Origin: Polyangiales bacterium
GTDB lineage: Bacteria > Myxococcota_A > Polyangia > Polyangiales > Ga0077539
Length of the DNA: 64,000 nucleotides
Reading direction: 5' to 3'
Assembly: GCA_044229975.1 (NCBI GenBank)
Contig: JBGARZ010000003.1
Coordinates: 288,001 to 352,000, forward strand
The position numbers and the translations under genes were made by a program. The notes beneath the pieces are model-generated. The model ran no database searches. It saw only the letters and a list, made by a program, of their open reading frames with translations, and was not told where the DNA came from. This document shows positions 58,185-64,000 of the stretch, piece after piece; positions within the stretch are counted from its first letter, which is position 1; every line of letters starts with the position of its first letter.

Positions 58185-58967
58185 ATGAGCGAGTCGTACA
58201 AGCACCACCTCGCCCTCGGCCGCGAGCTCTACCAGCGCGAAGACTTCCGCGCCTCCGAGGCCCAGCTCCGCATGGTGCTCGCGGTGCGCGACGACCTGCC
58301 CGACGTGCACCACATGCTCGGCGTCATCCACCACGACCGACGCGACCTCGACGAGGCCCGCCTCTGCTTCGAGCGCGCGCTGCTCCTCAACCCCGACTAC
58401 ACCGAGGCCGCGCTCAACCTCTCCATCGTCTGCAACGAGCTCGGCGCGTACACCGCCGCCCGCGAGGTGGTCGGATCGATCTCCGAACGCGCCCGCCACG
58501 GCCAGCGCATCGACCCCTACGCCCGCGGCAAGATCGCCAACCTCCACGGCGACGTCGCCCGCGCCTACGAAGAGCTCGGCATGTGGTCCGAGGCCATCGA
58601 GGAGTACCGCCGCGGCCTCAACCTCTGCCCCGACTACTCCGACCTGCGAACGCGACTCGCCATGTGTCTGCGCTCCGACGGCGACGTCGACGAGGCCCGC
58701 AAGGAGCTCGAAATCGCCGTCACCATCAATCCCCAGTTCGTCCCCGCGCGGGTCGCCCTCGGCGTGATGTACATGACCCAGGGGCGCCACGACGAGGCCG
58801 CCCTCGCCTGGCGCGAGTGCCTCAAGATCGACCCCGCGCATCGCCCTGCGCGCGTGTACCTGCGGCTGCTCGACGAGCCCGAGGTGCGACCGTCGAAGTT
58901 TCCTCCGCCCGAGGCCATCGGCCCCGACGACGACCTCACCTTCGAGCTGCTCACCGACACGAAGTAG
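58185..58967 (+). CDS. Cytoplasmic TPR protein
   Basis: PDVHHMLGV, LNPDYTEAALNL, KIANLH, INPQFVPARVALG TPR units. Confidence 0.88.
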   Translation: MSESYKHHLALGRELYQREDFRASEAQLRMVLAVRDDLPDVHHMLGVIHHDRRDLDEARLCFERALLLNPDYTEAALNLSIVCNELGAYTAAREVVGSISERARHGQRIDPYARGKIANLHGDVARAYEELGMWSEAIEEYRRGLNLCPDYSDLRTRLAMCLRSDGDVDEARKELEIAVTINPQFVPARVALGVMYMTQGRHDEAALAWRECLKIDPAHRPARVYLRLLDEPEVRPSKFPPPEAIGPDDDLTFELLTDTK

Positions 58968-58971
58968 CGAG

Positions 58972-60636
58972 CTAGCGGCGTAGCCCGAGCGCGCGCCACC
59001 AGTCGGCGATGACGTGGGTCGCACCGCCGATGAGCGCCGCCGCCAGCAGCGCGACGCCCACCCACGGGAAGCGCCCCGAGGCGATGACGGCCGAGCCCCC
59101 CACGACCAGCGCCGCGACGACCAGACCCGCGTAGAGGCGACGGCCGAGGCGATCGAGGGACTGCGGCGCCTGCGCGTCGGTGGTCTTGAGCGTGAGGTGA
59201 CCCTGGCGGAGGTCTTCGAGGATCTCCGACACCTGCTCGGGCATCTGCCCCGCCATGCCGGTCATCCGCATCGCCGTGCGCACGAGGTCGCCGGTGAGCT
59301 TGTCGGGCGAGTACCGCTGCGCCACCAGCCGGATGAGGTGGGGCCGGGCCTCCGAGAACACGTCGAGGTCGGGCGCGATCTGCCGCGCCGTGCCTTCGAG
59401 CGTCATGAGCGCGCGGCCCACGAGCATGAAGTCCGGCGGCATGTCGATGCCGTGCTTCACCGCGCCCCAGATGAGGTCGCGCACCACGGCGGCGATCTCG
59501 ATCTCGCCGAGCGCGCGGCCGACGTACTTGCGACCGCGCATCTCCACGTCGGCGCGAAACGCGGCCATGTCGACCTTGCGCGTGGGGCGCCCGAGGGCGA
59601 GCAGCGCGTCGGCCACGGAGCCGTAGTCCTCGCGGGCGGCGGCGACCATGAGGTCGAGCGCACGATCGCGAACGGCCCCGGAGAGGTGACCGACGAGGCC
59701 GAGGTCGAGCAGACCCACCACGGGCGCGTCGTTGGCGCCCAGCACGAGGAGGTTTCCGGGGTGCGGGTCGGCGTGGAAGAAGCCGTCCTCGAAGATCATC
59801 TTGATGACGACGTCGACGCTCGCGCTCGCGAGCTTGCGGCCCTCCAGGCCCTGCGCGAGCGCGTCGTTGAGCTTGCGCCCATCGAGGAACTCCAGCGTCA
59901 GCACGCGCTTGCCCGAGTGCGATCGGTAGACCTTCGGGAAGCGCACGCGGGGGTCGCCCTCGAAGTTCTTGGCGAAGCGCTCGGCGTGGTCGGCTTCGAG
60001 GAGGAAGTCGAGCTCGGCCTTGATGCTGCGATCGAACTCCGACACCAGCGCGACCGGCGAGTAGCGCCGCGACTCGGGCACCGCCCGCTCCAGCGCCCGC
60101 GCGAACCAGTAGAGCAGGTCGACGTCCCGCGCGACGGTCTCCTGGATGCCCGGTCGCTGCACCTTGAGCGCGACCTCGCGCGGGGGTTGTCCCTCCACGT
60201 CGGAGGCGAGGCGTCCGCGGTGCACCTGCGCGATGGAGGCGCTCGCGAGGGGCTTCTCGTCGACGGACACGAAGAGGTCGGCGATGGGCCCACCGAGCTC
60301 GGCCTCGATCTCCTGGCGGACGGCCTCCCAGGAGATGGGCTTCACGTCGTCCTGCAACACCTTGAGCTCGGTGATGACCTCCGGCGGCAGCAGGTCGGCG
60401 CGGGTCGAGGCGATCTGCCCGAGCTTCACGAACGACGGCCCGAGGTCTTGCAGCACGAAGCGCACGCGCTGCGCGAGCGAGTGCGATCGCAGGTCCGTGG
60501 CCTCGGCGCTCCGGGTGACGAGCAGCGAGTCGAGGCCGAGCCGCTGCACCACCTCGCCGAAGCCGTGGCGCCAGAGCACCGCGACGATTTCCCTCAGCCG
60601 GTCGAGATCGCGAAACGCCGTGATGACCGAGGGCAT
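58972..60636 (-). CDS. ABC1/UbiB family atypical kinase
   Basis: LGPSFVKLGQ, LQDDV, PLASASIAQVH, VALKVQRP, ELDF, DGFFHADPHPGN, LDLG, C-terminal TMs. Confidence 0.93.
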   Translation of the reverse strand: MPSVITAFRDLDRLREIVAVLWRHGFGEVVQRLGLDSLLVTRSAEATDLRSHSLAQRVRFVLQDLGPSFVKLGQIASTRADLLPPEVITELKVLQDDVKPISWEAVRQEIEAELGGPIADLFVSVDEKPLASASIAQVHRGRLASDVEGQPPREVALKVQRPGIQETVARDVDLLYWFARALERAVPESRRYSPVALVSEFDRSIKAELDFLLEADHAERFAKNFEGDPRVRFPKVYRSHSGKRVLTLEFLDGRKLNDALAQGLEGRKLASASVDVVIKMIFEDGFFHADPHPGNLLVLGANDAPVVGLLDLGLVGHLSGAVRDRALDLMVAAAREDYGSVADALLALGRPTRKVDMAAFRADVEMRGRKYVGRALGEIEIAAVVRDLIWGAVKHGIDMPPDFMLVGRALMTLEGTARQIAPDLDVFSEARPHLIRLVAQRYSPDKLTGDLVRTAMRMTGMAGQMPEQVSEILEDLRQGHLTLKTTDAQAPQSLDRLGRRLYAGLVVAALVVGGSAVIASGRFPWVGVALLAAALIGGATHVIADWWRALGLRR

Positions 60637-60643
60637 CGCCGAC

Positions 60644-61162
60644 TCAGTCGCGCGGGCAGAGCCCGAAGCCCTGGAGGCGCACGCCCTCGACCTGGAGCTG
60701 GCAGACGCTGCCGTAGGTCATCCCGTCGCAGCCGCAGACCATGTCAGAGGCGCCCGCGTCGACCATCGGGCACGAGCCGGCCGCGCGGCGCGGCGTGCAG
60801 AACCCGCGGGTCGCGCAGCCCGCGCCGTTGCAATAGAGGTCGGGCGAAGGGCAGTCGGAGTTGGCGCTGCACCCGAGCACCGACGACTCGATGGTGACGT
60901 CGCGCAGGCCGGTGTCCGTGCGGCTCGTCGCGTCGCTGTACGCGTCGGGCACGTCGCGACCGCCGTCCATCGAAGCGTCCATGTCGCCGCCGTCGAGGCC
61001 CGCGTCCATCGACCCGTCGCGGTTGTCGCCGAGGTCGCCCGTGCGCGCGACGTCCTCCGTGACGAAGCGCCGACCCTCATCGCTACAACCGAGCGAGAGC
61101 CCCACCACCACGATCACGCAAACCCGGCCGCGCGCCGCGCGGACCCAACGCCTCATGTCCAT
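60644..61162 (-). CDS. Lipoprotein with Asp-rich linker and Kazal-like domain
   Basis: Lipobox LSLGC; VCGCDGMTYGSVC Kazal-like motif. Confidence 0.78.
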   Translation of the reverse strand: MDMRRWVRAARGRVCVIVVVGLSLGCSDEGRRFVTEDVARTGDLGDNRDGSMDAGLDGGDMDASMDGGRDVPDAYSDATSRTDTGLRDVTIESSVLGCSANSDCPSPDLYCNGAGCATRGFCTPRRAAGSCPMVDAGASDMVCGCDGMTYGSVCQLQVEGVRLQGFGLCPRD

Positions 61163-61211
61163 CGCGCGGACGATGACACAGCCGGGCGCGAAAACCCACA
61201 CGCCCCGACGC

Positions 61212-62498
61212 TCAGCCGCGCGCCTCGACGAAGGCCGCTTCCGCCGCCGCGAGCGTCGCAGCGACCACCGCCTCGTCGTGCGTCACCGAGTGGAACGCTG
61301 CCTCCCACTGTGACGGCGGCAGGTACACCCCGCGCTTGAGCATCCCCTGGTGCCAGCGCGCAAAGGCCTTGGTGTCGCAGCCCTTCGCCTCGTCCCACGA
61401 GCGCACCGGCGCGTCGGTGAAGAACACCGTCCACATCGCCCCCGCGCGCTGCACGGTGACCGTCGCCCCGGCCCGCGCCGCGGCCTCACGCAGACCCGCT
61501 TCGAGGCGGGCGCCGATCGCCTCCAGCGTCGCGTAGAGCTCAGGCGTGAGCAGCGACAGCGTCGCGAGCCCGGCCGCCGTGGCGACGGGGTTTCCGCTGA
61601 GCGTTCCGGCCTGGTAGACGGGGCCGAGCGGGGCGAGGCGGTCCATGATCTCGGCGCGACCGCCGAAGGCCGCGAGGGGGAGTCCGCCGCCGACGATCTT
61701 GCCCAGCGTCGTGAGGTCGGGCGTCACGCCGTACACCGACTGGGCGCCCGCTCGCGCGAGGCGGAAGCCGGTCATCACCTCGTCGAGCACCAGCAGCGCA
61801 CCATGCTCGGTGCACAACGATCGCAAGCCCTGGAGGAAGCCCTCCGCCGGAGGGACGCAGCCCATGTTGCCGACCACCGGCTCGACGATGACCGCCGCGA
61901 TGTCGGCACCGTGCTCGGCGAAGAGCGCGCGCACCGCGTCGAGGTCGTTGAAGCGCGCGGTGAGCGTGTTGCGCGCCGCCGCCTCGGGAACACCCGCGCT
62001 GTCGGGCACGCCGAAGGTCGCCGCGCCGCTGCCCGCCTTCACGAGGAGGAAGTCGGCGTGGCCGTGGTAGCAGCCCTCGAACTTCAACACCTTGTCGCGG
62101 CCCGTGAACCCGCGGGCGAGGCGCAGGGCGCTCATGCAGGCTTCGGTTCCGCTGGAGCAGAGGCGCACCTTGTCCATGGAGGGGACGGCCTCGCAGAGCG
62201 CCTCGGCGAAGAGCACCTCGCGCTCGGTGGGCGCGCCGTAGCTCGTGCCCATCGCCGCGGCCTCGCCGATGGCCTTGATGATCGCGGGCTGCGCGTGGCC
62301 CAGCACCATCGGACCCCACGACCCGACGTAGTCGATGTAGCGCGTGCCGTCGGCGCCCCAGAGGTAGGGGCCCTCCGCGCGGGACACGTACACGGGCTCT
62401 CCGCCGACGGCGCGAAACGCGCGCACGGGGGAGTTCACGCCACCAGGGATGCGCCGGAGGGCGCGCTCATGCAGCGCGCGCGAGATGGGGTCGGACAT
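61212..62498 (-). CDS. hemL: Glutamate-1-semialdehyde 2,1-aminomutase
   Basis: IPGGVNSPVRAF, YIDYVGSWGP, SSGTEA, FEGCYHGH, DEVMTGFR, LGKIVGGGLP, YQAGTLSGNP, PSQWEA. Confidence 0.97.
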   Translation of the reverse strand: MSDPISRALHERALRRIPGGVNSPVRAFRAVGGEPVYVSRAEGPYLWGADGTRYIDYVGSWGPMVLGHAQPAIIKAIGEAAAMGTSYGAPTEREVLFAEALCEAVPSMDKVRLCSSGTEACMSALRLARGFTGRDKVLKFEGCYHGHADFLLVKAGSGAATFGVPDSAGVPEAAARNTLTARFNDLDAVRALFAEHGADIAAVIVEPVVGNMGCVPPAEGFLQGLRSLCTEHGALLVLDEVMTGFRLARAGAQSVYGVTPDLTTLGKIVGGGLPLAAFGGRAEIMDRLAPLGPVYQAGTLSGNPVATAAGLATLSLLTPELYATLEAIGARLEAGLREAAARAGATVTVQRAGAMWTVFFTDAPVRSWDEAKGCDTKAFARWHQGMLKRGVYLPPSQWEAAFHSVTHDEAVVAATLAAAEAAFVEARG

Positions 62499-62532
62499 GG
62501 GGCGAGCGATAGCCCCGAGGGCGCGGTGGTGT

Positions 62533-63432
62533 CTAGTAGCGAGGGGCGCCGGAGCGCATCACTTCGCCGTAGAGCACGAACTCGATGCCGTGCGTCGCGT
62601 CGGGCATCGAGCCCCGCACCACCATCGGCTCCGGGACGGACTTGTGCTCGTCCGCATCGAGCCGCTCGCCCTGCGGGAAGGCGTAGCCCGACAAGCCCGT
62701 CGGCTCGCCGTCGGTGCGCGTGCGGATCTCCAGCGCGCGAAGCACATACGGCGCGCAGGTGCCCGTCGGGCAGGGGTTGTGCACGTTCGCGGTCACGGAG
62801 AGGAAGCCCGCGTCGCTCGCGGCCGGAGGGGTGCTCACGGAGGGCCGCACATCGACCTCGAGCGACGCGACGGCCCCGGTATTTCCGACGCTGGTGAAGG
62901 ACACCGTGCCGTGCCACACGGGGTCACCCGCGACGACGGAAGGGTCGGAGCGGAGCTGCGCCAGCGGGCTCGGGGACGGAGGAAGCGTGAGCGAGATGGC
63001 GGCCGTGGCGCCGTCGCCCAGCATCACCCGCGTCGACGATGACCACGGGGCGACGAAGGACGAGCCGCGCACCTCGTAGATGCCCGGGGCGAGCGCGTCG
63101 AGCAGCTGGGTGGCGTTGCGATCCCAGCGCAGCACACGCTCGAAGCCATCGCCGCCCGCGCAGCGCACCATCAACCAGACCTCGGGCGCGCGCATCGTCA
63201 GGCCGGGGTCGAGACCCAGCGAGACGCGCAGGCGACTGGTTCCGGTCGCGGCGCAGGGCGCGGGGGTCACCCGGTCGGGCACGAGCCCGGCGGAGGTGTC
63301 GGCGGACGCGGTGTCGGAGGCACGAGACCCGCCATCGACGACGGCGTCGGAGGGCGGAGGGGTGGCGCCACACCCTGCCGTTGCGAGGAGGTAGATCCAC
63401 GGCGAGAGACGCCGCAGCGAAAGGAAGTTCAT
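62533..63432 (-). CDS. Hypothetical lipoprotein
   Basis: Lipobox ATAGC followed by Asp/Ser/Thr linker; beta-rich body. Confidence 0.72.
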   Translation of the reverse strand: MNFLSLRRLSPWIYLLATAGCGATPPPSDAVVDGGSRASDTASADTSAGLVPDRVTPAPCAATGTSRLRVSLGLDPGLTMRAPEVWLMVRCAGGDGFERVLRWDRNATQLLDALAPGIYEVRGSSFVAPWSSSTRVMLGDGATAAISLTLPPSPSPLAQLRSDPSVVAGDPVWHGTVSFTSVGNTGAVASLEVDVRPSVSTPPAASDAGFLSVTANVHNPCPTGTCAPYVLRALEIRTRTDGEPTGLSGYAFPQGERLDADEHKSVPEPMVVRGSMPDATHGIEFVLYGEVMRSGAPRY

Positions 63433-63490
63433 TGCGGACAGGTATAGCAACGGTCGGGGGACGGGCGAAACGACCAGCGACGAGCGTCAG

Positions 63491-64000
63491 CTATGGCGCA
63501 GGAGTCGCGGTCTGCCTCGCGTTGGTGCGGACCACCTCGCGCACGACGTCCACGCGCACGAGGGCGTCGCCCTGCACCCGCCAGGTCTCGCGACGGATCT
63601 CCCGCCCCGCGGGTTGCCCGGCGAGCCCGCCGTGCAGTGGACGCTGCTCCACGTAGAGGTCGCGCGGGAGGGGCAGCTCCTCCAGGAGGTCCCATCGTCC
63701 CTGCGTCGCCGCACCCGTCGCCGCATCGAACGAGCCTAAGCCCACAGAGCCCTCGTACCACCGCAGCGACCCGTCGTCGGCGAGCCGCGCCACCCGCAGC
63801 ACGCGCCCCGTCTCGTCGTCGCCATCATCGCTCGCGGCCTCGGTCTCGGCCACCATCTCGCGAGCGTCCGCGCTCGTGAGCGACACGGCGGTCACCTGCG
63901 CCACCGACCGTACGCAGTGCCCCGGGCGGGCCTCGTCCACCATCGCGAGGTGCCCCACCGGGCGCCACGCTCCGTCGCGCCACGCGAGACCCACCAGGGC
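63491..64000 (-). CDS. Hypothetical protein, 5' end beyond window
   Basis: Minus-strand ORF reaching the window edge, ending 58 nt upstream of the next minus-strand gene. Confidence 0.55.
   Translation of the reverse strand, partial: ALVGLAWRDGAWRPVGHLAMVDEARPGHCVRSVAQVTAVSLTSADAREMVAETEAASDDGDDETGRVLRVARLADDGSLRWYEGSVGLGSFDAATGAATQGRWDLLEELPLPRDLYVEQRPLHGGLAGQPAGREIRRETWRVQGDALVRVDVVREVVRTNARQTATPAP

Overview
Very GC-rich, gene-dense chromosomal window from a probable myxobacterium. The Myxococcota/Polyangia-like assignment is inferred from a Myxococcus-type PilZ protein, Cys-rich DCNG..DGCE repeat lipoproteins and Asp/Ala/Gly-rich lipoprotein linkers. The centre (20.5-32.1 kb, minus strand) is the S10-spc-alpha ribosomal cluster. 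It begins at rplV (no rpsJ-rplC-rplD-rplW-rplB-rpsS upstream), lacks rpsD, has its own promoter and structured leader, and lies back-to-back with tRNA-Leu(CAA). The flanks hold housekeeping genes (thrS, HMG-CoA lyase, sdaA, nikR, nadB, bamD, ubiB-like, hemL), five GT-C-like polytopic membrane proteins and many secreted proteins or lipoproteins. Most notable: (1) a 949-aa lipoprotein with glucan-water-dikinase-like architecture (phospho-His swivel domain followed by a PPDK-type ATP-grasp); (2) a translationally coupled class-III aminotransferase + LuxE-like pair right after rplQ; (3) the split r-protein operon with candidate novel RNA leaders; (4) repeated signatures of leaderless transcription, including a symmetric bidirectional sdaA/nikR promoter; (5) an orphan GAF-PilB/GspE ATPase with a His-box substitution. 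No CRISPR array, rRNA, integrase or transposase was seen. Start codons were chosen by eye and product calls come from motif recognition only; no database search was run.
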